Of a stretch of DNA of 36,800 bases, positions 27,735-36,800 are shown piece by piece. The position numbers and the translations under genes are program-made. Positions within the stretch are counted from its first letter, which is position 1; every line of letters begins with the position of its first letter. This DNA is from Burkholderiales bacterium (lineage in GTDB: Bacteria > Pseudomonadota > Gammaproteobacteria > Burkholderiales > Burkholderiaceae_C): assembly GCA_031420055.1 (NCBI GenBank), contig JANOLY010000328.1:1-36800 (forward strand), written 5' to 3'. The notes below the pieces were generated by a model, which was not told the DNA's origin, ran no database searches, and saw only the letters and a list, made by a program, of their open reading frames with translations.

Positions 27735-30196
27735 GCACGATCCAGCTGCCCAGCAACCCTTTTCCCGGGCTGCGCCCTTTCCGGCAAGGCGAAGAGGCGC
27801 TGTTCTTCGGCCGCGAAACGCAGGTCGACGCGATGATCGACAAGTTGGCCGGCACGCGCTTTCTGGCCGTGGTGGGCACCTCGGGCTCGGGCAAGTCATC
27901 ACTCGTCAACTGCGGCCTGGTGCCGGGGCTGTACCGCGGCTTGATGGACCGCGCAGGCAGCGACTGGCGCGTGGCCACGCTGCGCCCGGGCAACCGCCCC
28001 TTGCGCGCCCTGGCCGAGGCATTGGCCCGGCCCGGCTTGCTGGGCCCGCAGGCGGCCGACGACGGCACCGGCTTCAGCCCCACCGAGCTGATGGAAGCGC
28101 TGCTGCGCATGAGCAAGCTCGGCCTGGTCGACGCCTGCCAGCAAGCCCACCTGGGCCCGCGGCAAAACCTGCTGGTGGTGGTGGACCAGTTCGAGGAGCT
28201 GTTTCGCTTCCGCGCCCTGGCCGCTGACGGTCCGCAAGCGGCCAAGGGCCAGGAAGACGCCACCGCATTCGTCAACCTGCTGCTCGAAGCCGCAGCCCAC
28301 CCCGAGCTGCCGGTGTACGTGGTGCTGACCATGCGGTCGGACTTTCTCGGCGAGTGCGCCCAGTACGTCGGGCTGCCCGAAGCCATCAACCGCGGCCAGT
28401 ACCTGGTGCCACGCATGACGCGCGAAGAACGCCGCGCGGCAATAGCCGGCCCCGTGGGTGTGTGCGGCGCGCAGATCGACCCGGTGCTGTTGACCCGCTT
28501 GGTCAATGACGTGGGCGACGACCCCGACCAGCTGTCGCTGCTGCAACATGCCCTGAACCGCACCTGGGCCGACTGGCACGAAGGTGGGCGCGTCGGTGCG
28601 CTGTCGCTGGTGCATTACGAAGCGATAGGCACGATGGCCCAGGCGCTGGACAAGCACGCCGAAGAAGCCTACGCCGCCCTGGTTGGCCCGGCGCAGCAGG
28701 CCCGGTGTGCCGAGCTGTTCAAGGCCATCACCGACCGCGGCACCGACGCGCGCGGCACACGCCGGCCCACACGCATGGACACCTTGATGGCCATCACCGG
28801 TGCCAGCGCCGACGCGTTGACGGCGGTGATCGAGGTCTTGCGCGAACCCACGCGCTCCTTCCTGATGCCGCCTGCCGGCACACCGCTGGCGCCGGACACG
28901 CCCATCGACATTTCCCACGAGAGCCTGATGCGGGTCTGGCAGCGCCTGCGCAACTGGGTCGACCAGGAGGCCCGATCCGCCCAGGTCTACCGCCGCCTGG
29001 CAGAAACGGCCGAGTTGCATGCCGCCGGCCGCGCCGCGCTGCTGCGGCCCCCCGACCTGCCCTTCGCCGTGGACTGGCAGGCCCGCGAGCAACCCAGTGC
29101 CGCCTGGGCGCACCGCTACCGGCCCGGCCTGGACGCCGCCTTGCAGTTCCTGCAGCGCAGCCAGCAGGCCTACGACGAAGAAGTGCGCGCCGAGCAAGCC
29201 GAGACCGCCGAGCGCGATCAATTGCTGCGACAGCAGCGGCGCACACGGCGTCTGCTCGTCGCCGCGGGCGTCATCGGCAGCGTGCTGGTGGTGATGTTCT
29301 CGGCCATGGGTTGGCTGGTCCGCGACGCGACCCGCGAACGTGTTCGCGCCAACACCGAGGCGGCCCGCTCTGCGCAGGCCGAACGTGCCGCCCGCACCGC
29401 CCAGGCCGCGGCCGAGACCGCGTTGCTGGCCGCACGCCGCGCCGCAGACACACAGGGCTGGCAGCAGAAGATCTACAGCAACGCCTTGAGCGGCAAGATA
29501 GAGCTTCAGCGGGAAATACAGCGCGCCGTGCAAGACCGCCGCGCCGTGTACCTGCAATACGCCGACCCCGAGCAGCGGCGTGCCGTGGAAGCGCTGCGGC
29601 CGCACCTGGCCCAGGCCGGCTGGTCGGCCCCGGGCTCGGAACGCGTGCAGTCCGCGCCGAACAACGCGCAGATCCGCTACTTCCGCAAGGACGACGAAGG
29701 CGCTGCCCGCAGCCTGGCCGCGCTGTTCAAGCGCTGGGGCTGGGGCGTCCTGCGGCCGGAATTCATCAAGGGCGACGGCGGCCTGTCAGAGCAGACCAGT
29801 CAGTTTGAAGTGTGGCTCGCCCGGCCCAACCCGGCTGAGCTGGTGCGGCTGCTCAAGGCCATCGACGGACCGGTGAAGGACGACCGCCTGAAGGCCCTGC
29901 AGGCCTTGGTCGACAGCCACGGCGCGTCGCCTGCGGCCATCAGCGCGGCGCTGGACCTGGCCAGCGCCGCGCGACTCGAATCGTTGACAGCACCCGGCCG
30001 CTTCAACCAGCTGTACTTCCTGAGCCCCCCCGCCCCGCTGGCCTGGGACGACGCGCAGATTCGAACCGCCCGCGATGCCCTGGCGCGGGTGCGCAACCGT
30101 GCCGAGCCGGGCAAGGACACGCTGGAAGAAATCACCCGCATTGACAACCTCCTGGCCGCAGCGGCGGGCCGCGAAGCCTTTGGGCCGGCCTCGTGA
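27731..30196 (+). CDS. nSTAND1-type STAND NTPase with transmembrane helix and C-terminal putative extracytoplasmic domains
   Basis: NPFPGLRPF, FFGR, Walker A GTSGSGKSS, Walker B VVVDQFEELF, TMRSDF, L.LLQHAL, ISHESL.R.W.RL..W. Hydrophobic helix LLVAAGVIGSVLVVMFSAMGWLV. ATGA overlap with the TIR gene. Confidence 0.88.
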   Translation: MSTIQLPSNPFPGLRPFRQGEEALFFGRETQVDAMIDKLAGTRFLAVVGTSGSGKSSLVNCGLVPGLYRGLMDRAGSDWRVATLRPGNRPLRALAEALARPGLLGPQAADDGTGFSPTELMEALLRMSKLGLVDACQQAHLGPRQNLLVVVDQFEELFRFRALAADGPQAAKGQEDATAFVNLLLEAAAHPELPVYVVLTMRSDFLGECAQYVGLPEAINRGQYLVPRMTREERRAAIAGPVGVCGAQIDPVLLTRLVNDVGDDPDQLSLLQHALNRTWADWHEGGRVGALSLVHYEAIGTMAQALDKHAEEAYAALVGPAQQARCAELFKAITDRGTDARGTRRPTRMDTLMAITGASADALTAVIEVLREPTRSFLMPPAGTPLAPDTPIDISHESLMRVWQRLRNWVDQEARSAQVYRRLAETAELHAAGRAALLRPPDLPFAVDWQAREQPSAAWAHRYRPGLDAALQFLQRSQQAYDEEVRAEQAETAERDQLLRQQRRTRRLLVAAGVIGSVLVVMFSAMGWLVRDATRERVRANTEAARSAQAERAARTAQAAAETALLAARRAADTQGWQQKIYSNALSGKIELQREIQRAVQDRRAVYLQYADPEQRRAVEALRPHLAQAGWSAPGSERVQSAPNNAQIRYFRKDDEGAARSLAALFKRWGWGVLRPEFIKGDGGLSEQTSQFEVWLARPNPAELVRLLKAIDGPVKDDRLKALQALVDSHGASPAAISAALDLASAARLESLTAPGRFNQLYFLSPPAPLAWDDAQIRTARDALARVRNRAEPGKDTLEEITRIDNLLAAAAGREAFGPAS

Positions 30197-30231
30197 CCGT
30201 CATGCCGACAACCTGGCCTTGATGGCCGCGC

Positions 30232-30266
30232 CAGGTGCGCGGCAGGTGCGCGGCAGGTGCGCGGCA
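30232..30266. repeat. 11-bp tandem repeat CAGGTGCGCGG x3
   Basis: Exact copies at 30232, 30243 and 30254. Confidence 0.9.
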
Positions 30267-30379
30267 AAAACGGCGGTCCATCGCGTGGCCGGGCATGCGC
30301 TGCCGATCGACCGCCACAACCTGCAAGCCACGCTGGTGGCCCTGCCCAGCGACATCAGCCCAGCGATGGTGCGTGTGGC

Positions 30380-30409
30380 GTTGATTGAGTTGATTGAGTT
30401 GATCAAGTT
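30380..30409. repeat. 9-bp AT-rich tandem repeat GTTGATTGA x2 + GTTGATCAA
   Basis: Copies at 30380, 30389 and 30398, upstream of the TonB-dependent receptor. Confidence 0.85.
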
Positions 30410-30492
30410 TGACGGCCACACCCAGCATGGGTGAAATACTCCGCAGCGGCCCTGTGCCGAGTTGGCGCAGGCATGTCCACCGACCCCCCACG

Positions 30493-32703
30493 ATGAACCG
30501 ACCCCACCAACCGCCCCGCAGACACCGCGCTCGCCGCCTGGTGGCCACGGGCGTGCTCGCCCTGCCCGCGTGGGCTGCGGCCCAGACGGCCGAACCCGCG
30601 CCGGCGCAGCGTGTGGAGATCCGCGCTGACGCCAGCGCGCAGCGCCGTGCCGACACCGCCGCTCGGCAGGTGATCGCGCGCGAAGAACTGCTGCGCCATG
30701 GCGACAGCCGTCTGGCCGATGCCTTGCAGCGCGTGCCGGGCATCACCGTGGACGTCAGGGGCCAGAACACCGAATTCAAACTGGGCGGGCTGGGCGAGGG
30801 CTACACGCAGTTGTTGCTGAACGGCGAGCCCCTGCCCCGGGGCACGGCGCTGGACAGCATCGCGCTGGACAGCATCGAGCGGGTCGAGATCATCCGGGGC
30901 GCCAGCGTGCAGTCCTCGCAGGCCATAGCCGGCAGCATCAACATCATCACCCGCCGCGCCACGGCGCAGGCCACGCGCGACTACAAGCTCCACGGCGCCA
31001 GCCAGGCGGGCCGCGCACAGGCCACGGCCAGCCTGAACCTGGGCGACCGCGTGGGCCGCGCCACCTGGGGCCTGGGCCTGGTGGCCAGCAGCGAAGACCA
31101 GCTCTGGCCAGCGACCGTGCTGCAAGAGCGCCGCGAAGGCACCGCCCACTCGCTGACCCAGCGCACGCGCACCGACAAGCAGGAATTTGATCGCACCGAC
31201 GCCATCAGCCTGAACCCGCGCCTGGCCTGGAAGCACGACACCGACGCCGCCGGCCTGCGGCAGTTCAGCACCGACCACAGCCTGCGCCTGGCGCGCTCCC
31301 GCGGCGGCGTGGCCGACGAGCGCGAGCCGCTGCTGGGCCCACCGCCGGCCCAACAGTCGAGTCGCCTGGCGCTGAACTACACACGCCTGTTCTGGCGCGG
31401 GCGGCTGCAGGCCCTGCACCGCGAGCCCGACGGTGCGCAGCTCGAAGCCAAGCTGAACATGACCTACGCCAGCCGCGACCAGCAGTCGCGACTGCAAGGC
31501 GTCGACGGCACGCCCCGCTTGGTGCAAGACACGGCCGTGGACGGCAAGGCTGTGGACCAGTCGAGCGTGCTCAACCTGAACCACCAGCGGCCGCTGGGCA
31601 CGTCGCACCGCATCGACATCGGCACCGAGTGGGAACAGGCACACCGCCGCGAAGCACGCGTGCAGACCGAGCAAACGCTGCTCGGCGGCCTGCCCCCTGA
31701 GAACCTGGACGAACGCTACGACGCGCGGGCTCGCCGCTGGGCGCTGTATGTGCAGGACGACTGGTCCTTGTCCGCGACCACGGCGGCGCAACTCGGCGTT
31801 CGCCTGGAGCGGCTGGACACCGTGAGCGAAGGCAACGTGTTTGACGCGGTGCGCCAGCAGCACCGGCTGCTGGGCCCCGTGCTGCGACTGTCCACCGAAC
31901 CCGCCCCGGGCCTGGGCACCTTCAAGCTGGGCCTGTCGCGCGGCTTCAAGCTGCCCGTGCCGCGCGACGTGATGCCGCGCCGCTACGTGCCGATCGAAGT
32001 CTCACCCACCGCGCCGGCGTTTTCCGGCAACCCGCAACTGCGGCCCGAACGCGCCTGGAGCCTGGACGGCAGCTGGCAGGCCAAGGCCGCCCCGGCAGGC
32101 AGCGACCTGGTGCTGTCGGCCTCGCTGCGGCACATCGACGACGTGATCCTGGACCGGCTGATCTACCAACCCGCCGTGGTGACCGCCCCGTGGTTGCTAC
32201 AGCGCTTCAACGGCGGGCGGGCGTGGAGCGCCAGCCTGGAACTGGAATGGCGCGGCAGGGCCCAGCACGCGCTTGTGGCGCAAGCCCCCTTGCGCTGGCA
32301 AGCCAGCCTGGCCCTGGCCCGGTCACGCCTGATCGACGTGGCCGGCGAGCGGCCCGCAATCGCCGGGCAGGCGCCCTGGCAGGTCAAGCTGGACCTGACC
32401 CAACTGCTCACACCGGGCTGGACAGCCCAGCTGGGGTTTGAGGCGCGCGGCGCTGCGCTGGCCGACCAGCCCAGCGGTCGGCGCATTGAAAACGCGGCCC
32501 GGCACAGCATGAGCGCCGCGCTGAGCTGGCAAGCCCGGCCGCGCCAGACCTGGCGCTTGTCTGCCACGCAACTCGGCGCCACCGACGCTGTGGACATCAA
32601 GACCGTGCGCACCCAGGACGCCGGCGGGCCGGTCAGCTACCAGGCGCGCGACGCCTGGCAGCGCGACGTGGTGTGGCGGCTGGCTTTTGAGAGCGCCTTC
32701 TGA
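30493..32703 (+). CDS. TonB-dependent outer-membrane receptor
   Basis: Signal peptide, TonB-box-like QRVEIRA, plug L.DAL.RVPGI, IERVEIIRG, AIAG.INIIT, GNPQLRPE, terminal Phe. Start could be 30409-30493. Confidence 0.9.
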   Translation: MNRPHQPPRRHRARRLVATGVLALPAWAAAQTAEPAPAQRVEIRADASAQRRADTAARQVIAREELLRHGDSRLADALQRVPGITVDVRGQNTEFKLGGLGEGYTQLLLNGEPLPRGTALDSIALDSIERVEIIRGASVQSSQAIAGSINIITRRATAQATRDYKLHGASQAGRAQATASLNLGDRVGRATWGLGLVASSEDQLWPATVLQERREGTAHSLTQRTRTDKQEFDRTDAISLNPRLAWKHDTDAAGLRQFSTDHSLRLARSRGGVADEREPLLGPPPAQQSSRLALNYTRLFWRGRLQALHREPDGAQLEAKLNMTYASRDQQSRLQGVDGTPRLVQDTAVDGKAVDQSSVLNLNHQRPLGTSHRIDIGTEWEQAHRREARVQTEQTLLGGLPPENLDERYDARARRWALYVQDDWSLSATTAAQLGVRLERLDTVSEGNVFDAVRQQHRLLGPVLRLSTEPAPGLGTFKLGLSRGFKLPVPRDVMPRRYVPIEVSPTAPAFSGNPQLRPERAWSLDGSWQAKAAPAGSDLVLSASLRHIDDVILDRLIYQPAVVTAPWLLQRFNGGRAWSASLELEWRGRAQHALVAQAPLRWQASLALARSRLIDVAGERPAIAGQAPWQVKLDLTQLLTPGWTAQLGFEARGAALADQPSGRRIENAARHSMSAALSWQARPRQTWRLSATQLGATDAVDIKTVRTQDAGGPVSYQARDAWQRDVVWRLAFESAF

Positions 32704-32799
32704 CGCGCCAAAGGCAGGACATGGCCCTGGCCAATGACGTTTGGCAGGCCTGACAGCGGCGCAAGCGTGTGGCCATCGAGGAGTGCCCTGCCGGGCGCC

Positions 32800-33339
32800 T
32801 CAAGCCAGGGCACTGTAGAGATTGAAGCTGCTGATCAACACAATCACCGTGCCGACCAGCGCCAGCAAGGTCTTGGTGCGCAGCCGCTGCGTCAGCAGCG
32901 CGGCAAAGGGCGCCGCGAAGAGACCGCCCACCACCAGACCCGCCACGGTGACCCAGGGGCTTTCAGACACCAGCATTGCAAACACGCCGGCACTGACAAA
33001 GGTGAGAAAGAACTCGGCCAGGTTCACCGAGCCTATGGTCATGCGGGGGTCGTTGCCGGTGCCCACCAGTGTGGTCGTCACCACAGGGCCCCAGCCACCG
33101 CCACCGGCTGCATCGACGAAACCACCGAGCAAACCGAGCTTGGCGACATGTCGGGGCTCAGCGCGCTGCGGCTTGATGACGCGAAAGACCTTGCTGATGA
33201 CGTACAGCCCCATCAGCAGCAGGTAGGCCGCAACAAACGGCTTGATGGCGGCGCCGTCAACGCTGGAGACCAGCCAGGCCCCAGCGGCAGCGCCCACCAT
33301 GCCAGGCACCAGCAAGCGCAGGAACAGGCGCTTGTTCAC
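32800..33339 (-). pseudogene. Sulfite exporter TauE/SafE family, 5'-truncated
   Basis: Begins mid-protein at VNKRLFLRLLVPGMVGAAAG. GGFVDAAGGGGWGPVVTT, PR.TIGSVNLAEFF. The first TM segments are missing. Confidence 0.85.
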
Positions 33340-34393
33340 GTGGCTGGCCCGGCACCGCGACCCGGATACGGGTAAGCAGGCGCAGAACCCGCTGGGCGAG
33401 TTCCCCGACCTCGCCGCAGGCGCGCGCTTCGACGCCGCTGTGAAGGCCGCCCGTGAGTGGTTCGGCCACCTGGCCCGCGGCGGGAAGAAGGAACCGTTGA
33501 CCGTGAAGCAAGCGTGCGCGAACTACATCGACCAACTGAAGGCCGCTGGCAAGGCTCAGGCTGCGGCGGACACCGAAAAGCGCTTCGCCCGGTGGGTGGA
33601 TGACCACAAGGTCGGTGGCATCACCTTGCAGAAGCTCAAGTCCGGCGACATCGACGAGTGGCGTAAGGGCCTGGCGGCGACGCCAACCATTCCGCAGGAC
33701 AAGAAGAGCGACAAGCCGACGCGGGCACGGAGCGCGAGCACGCTCAACCGCGACATGACATCGCTGCGAGCCGCCCTGAACCTGGCCATCGAGAACGCCG
33801 ACGCAACAAGCGACGCCGCCTGGAAGGTCAAGCTGCGGCCCGTGAAAGATGCAGACCGCCGCCGCGACGTGTACCTCGACCTGACACAGCGTCGTGCACT
33901 GATCGCCAAGGCCCCTGCCGATCTGGCCCTCTTCCTGAGCGCCCTGTCTCTGGTGCCGCTGCGCCCCGGCGCCATGGCCGCGCTGGTGGCCGGCAACTTC
34001 GACAAGCGCCTGTCCACACTGACCATCGGCAAGGACAAGCACGGGCAGGACCGAAAGATCACGCTGCCGCCGGCCACCGCCGCCTTCTTCGCCGCACAGT
34101 GCAAGGGCAAGCTGCCTACTGCGCCACTGCTGGCCCGGGCCGATGGCTCGGCGTGGAACAAGGATGCGTGGAAGTACCCGATCAAGGACGCCGTCATCGC
34201 GGCCGAGTTGCCGACAGCCGCCACAGCCTACGCGCTGCGGCACTCCACCATCACCGACCTGATCGCCCTGCACAAGCTCGACACGCTGACCGTTGCGCAG
34301 TTGTCGGGCACGAGCCTGCTGATGATCGAGAAGCACTACGGGCACCTGTTGCGCGAGCACGCGGCCAAGGCGTTGGCGTCGCTTACGCTGTAG
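33338..34393 (+). pseudogene. Tyrosine recombinase/integrase, 5'-truncated
   Basis: Arm-binding remnant TWLARHRD...LGEF, TLNRDMT.LRAALN, catalytic LRPG, GKDK, YALRHS.IT, SGTS..MIEKHYGH. No native start upstream of 33338. Confidence 0.85.
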
Positions 34394-34511
34394 ATCGTGC
34401 GCGCCAGCCCTGAGCTGGGCTGAGCGCAACGCGTGCTGCCGGCGCTGTCCTGACGACGTTGGCGCGGGCACGCGAACAGCCGCAGCGCGGACCGAGCGAC
34501 CAGGCTACCGT

Positions 34512-36800
34512 TTACTCCACCTCGAATCCCTGGCTCGTGAATTTCAAGGTCCGGCTGTTCTCCGTTACGGTGCGCACGACGTTGTCTGGTGCGCCGCCGG
34601 GCAAGGCGGCCTCAATCTCGATCGTGACGGTCACCTCGGCGCCGACGAGACCGGCAAGATGTGCGATCACCTCGTCGGCGATGCGACTTGCGTCGCGGCC
34701 GACGCGGGCGCTGTCAAGCGTGGCCGTGCCGTGAAATCGCTTGGGCTTTGCGGCCGCTGGCGGCAGGGCTGACTCGCCAATCGGGCTTGGTCCCGAAACT
34801 GCCGCTGCTGTCCCGGCTCCATCCGTCGTGGCACATCCAATCGTGGCCCCAAAACCGCCCGCCGCTGTTGCAGCGGCGGCCGCATCGGCATCACTCTGTG
34901 CACGAGCGACACTGGGCTTGACCAGCAGGCCCGAAGAATGTGCGTCGGCAATCGACACCGTCTGGCCCGTTCGCAGCCCACGGTAGCGCGCCGCAACATC
35001 ATCGTGGCTGTCGGCAAGCGCGAAGCTGTCCTGCTCCCAGGTCATCAGCGACAGACCGTCCCGGATCGAGTTGACCAGCACCGACGAGTTCGCCAGGCGT
35101 GGCAAGTACAGGTAACGACCGAAGTCCTCTGCCAACTGACTGATGGCCACATGAGCGCCGCCGCGCCAGAGTGGCACACGGTCCAGTTCCATGCGCAGGC
35201 GCGACGGCGCAAAGCCCGTGAGCAGAAGTTCGTCGCTGCGCAGCTTCTTGCTCGCCCGCACGGCCAGCGCATCCTGCCCTGTCAGGCGCATGGCCTGCCA
35301 TTCGATGGCCGACTGAGGCGTTGCCTGCACCGGCACCAGCAGCCACTGATAGGTTTCCGGCACGCGGGCCGTTACCGCCCCATCGGCCGCCTTCAATTGC
35401 GTCTCGGCCTGCTTCACCTGCTGCGGATCGAGATTCAGCGTCTTCTGCTCATCGATGATCGAAGCCCACGCCAGGTACTTGCGCGCCGCCTCATCCAGGT
35501 CCTGCAGGCGAATCTTGTCGGCGGCCAAGAAGACGAGCGCATTGCGATACAGCCGCGGCGTGTTGCCGCGTAACTCCAGCATCGCCTTCGCCGCCACCTC
35601 GGCCGCGTTGCCCGGGTCCTTGCTGTAAGGCTGATCGACCGATAAGACAACCAGTCGCGCATCGATATCGTCCGGCACGTCCTGGCTGGCTTGCGGCATG
35701 GGGTGGATGCGACTGAAATCGCCCGTGCGGCGCAGGTCATCGCGCAGGCGGCGATCCAGTTCATGCACCACCTTGTCAGGCTCGCGCTTCAGTTGTTCAG
35801 CACGGTCTTCTGCCAGCTTGGTGACCGTGGGCTGTGTTGAGTACCAGTACCGTGGGCCATCCTGGTAGAGGTAGGTCGCGGCCCCGGCCAGCCGCCGCAG
35901 CGCATCACCGAACACGGCGGGCGATTCCCCGGGCATCACACAGCCGAGCTTGACGCGCCGGTCTTCGAGCCCACGGTGCGCGGCCTGGGTCAGCGGTGCC
36001 GACCCCAAGTAGATCGCGCGCGCCACACGCCGGCAGGCCGAGAACTTGCCGAGGTTCGGCAGTTCGCTGTCCAACCGCAGCGGCAGCGAGCTCGGTCCGT
36101 CCACGTCCTTCTCGATCACCGGCACCCAGTTGTCCGACAAGTAGCGCGTCAACTCGGACTGCACCCGCGGGTCGTCCACGGCGATGTTGGCCGGCAGGAT
36201 GAGCGGGCTGCGATCGCCTTTCTCCCACAGGCTGTGGATCACCGCCGCCATCAGCCGCAGCACGCCGCGTGTCCGCTGAAACTTCACCAGCGTGGACCAG
36301 TCGGTGTACAGCCGGTCGAAAATCTCGGGGTGGATCGGGTAGGCCGCCTTTAACCGCTTCTCGTAGTCGCTGTCGCCGCACTCCGGCGGAAACTCGGTCT
36401 TCTGCGTGCGATAGAAGTCGGCAAAGGCCCGCGCCACCACGTCGCGGTCCTTGAACTGCGCCGGGTCCGACAGCGGTTCGAACAGCCGACGCCGCACGAT
36501 CTCGAAGCCCTCTTCGGCGCTGGCAGGCCGCCATGACGATTCGACCCGTCCCACCACGTTGCGCAGCCGGTCAAGCGCCTCCCTCCCGCGAGTGCCGCCC
36601 ACCTCCACATCATCCGATTGCGTGTGCGGCGACCCGGTCGTGTCCGACGCCGGCAGGCTGATGACCAGCAGGCAGTTGTTCGCCAGCTTGGCCGATTCGG
36701 TCAGCACCTGCGCAAAGGTGAATTGCGTCTCGAAGCCACCCGCCGGCAAGTCACTCTGGTCATGCAACTGGCGCGCGTAGGCCACCCATTCGTCGATCAG
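34512..36800 (-). CDS. DUF499-family AAA+ ATPase (5' part lies beyond the window)
   Basis: Frame is open to the window end with Walker B LIDEWVAYAR. EGFEIVRRRLF, AYPIHPE.FDRLY.DW..L.KFQRTRGVLRLMA, C-terminal VRTVTENSRTLKF. Confidence 0.88.
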   Translation of the reverse strand: MIDEWVAYARQLHDQSDLPAGGFETQFTFAQVLTESAKLANNCLLVISLPASDTTGSPHTQSDDVEVGGTRGREALDRLRNVVGRVESSWRPASAEEGFEIVRRRLFEPLSDPAQFKDRDVVARAFADFYRTQKTEFPPECGDSDYEKRLKAAYPIHPEIFDRLYTDWSTLVKFQRTRGVLRLMAAVIHSLWEKGDRSPLILPANIAVDDPRVQSELTRYLSDNWVPVIEKDVDGPSSLPLRLDSELPNLGKFSACRRVARAIYLGSAPLTQAAHRGLEDRRVKLGCVMPGESPAVFGDALRRLAGAATYLYQDGPRYWYSTQPTVTKLAEDRAEQLKREPDKVVHELDRRLRDDLRRTGDFSRIHPMPQASQDVPDDIDARLVVLSVDQPYSKDPGNAAEVAAKAMLELRGNTPRLYRNALVFLAADKIRLQDLDEAARKYLAWASIIDEQKTLNLDPQQVKQAETQLKAADGAVTARVPETYQWLLVPVQATPQSAIEWQAMRLTGQDALAVRASKKLRSDELLLTGFAPSRLRMELDRVPLWRGGAHVAISQLAEDFGRYLYLPRLANSSVLVNSIRDGLSLMTWEQDSFALADSHDDVAARYRGLRTGQTVSIADAHSSGLLVKPSVARAQSDADAAAAATAAGGFGATIGCATTDGAGTAAAVSGPSPIGESALPPAAAKPKRFHGTATLDSARVGRDASRIADEVIAHLAGLVGAEVTVTIEIEAALPGGAPDNVVRTVTENSRTLKFTSQGFEVE

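Larger units (their letters stand above)
33337..36800. mobile_element. Left part of a degenerate integrative element / defence island
   Basis: An integrase next to a DUF499 ATPase, with an abrupt junction into truncated tauE. No att site recognised. Confidence 0.6.

Noticed and set aside
30390-30406. TTGAT...ATCAA as an FNR box
   Set aside because: The spacing is 7 nt rather than 4; it is better explained by the 9-bp tandem repeat.
33242-33337. ORF-track N-terminus of the integrase
   Set aside because: This is the antisense strand of the tauE coding sequence, not native integrase sequence.
34405-34422. Hairpin CAGCCC-tgagct-GGGCTG after the integrase, as a terminator or att site
   Set aside because: It has no U-tract and no second copy in the window; the evidence is insufficient.

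Overview
High-GC betaproteobacterial chromosomal window (protein style suggests Burkholderiales, Rubrivivax/Ideonella-like; inference). The left and central parts hold mostly housekeeping or common genes: lolC/E-lolD, PHP phosphatase, DEAD-box helicase, FKBP, gluQ, LysR, core (MesD-like) methionine synthase, M3 and S9 peptidases, yaeQ, aat-bpt, a NUDIX-MBL fusion and a CaiB/BaiF CoA transferase. Two type II toxin-antitoxin pairs and several deletion scars are mixed in (LytS/LytTR pair, a VOC remnant, a TPR remnant). The right third is accessory. It carries a translationally coupled pair: a multi-TIR protein and an effector-less nSTAND1 NTPase with a membrane helix and an unusual C-terminal module. 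This NLR-like signalling/defence candidate is the best lead for an uncharacterised system. It is followed by a TonB-dependent receptor, a head-to-head fusion of a 5'-truncated tauE/safE gene with a 5'-truncated tyrosine integrase at a CACGT(G) junction, and a DUF499 ATPase running off the right edge (probable defence-carrying integrative element). All calls come from motif recognition by eye; no database searches were run.
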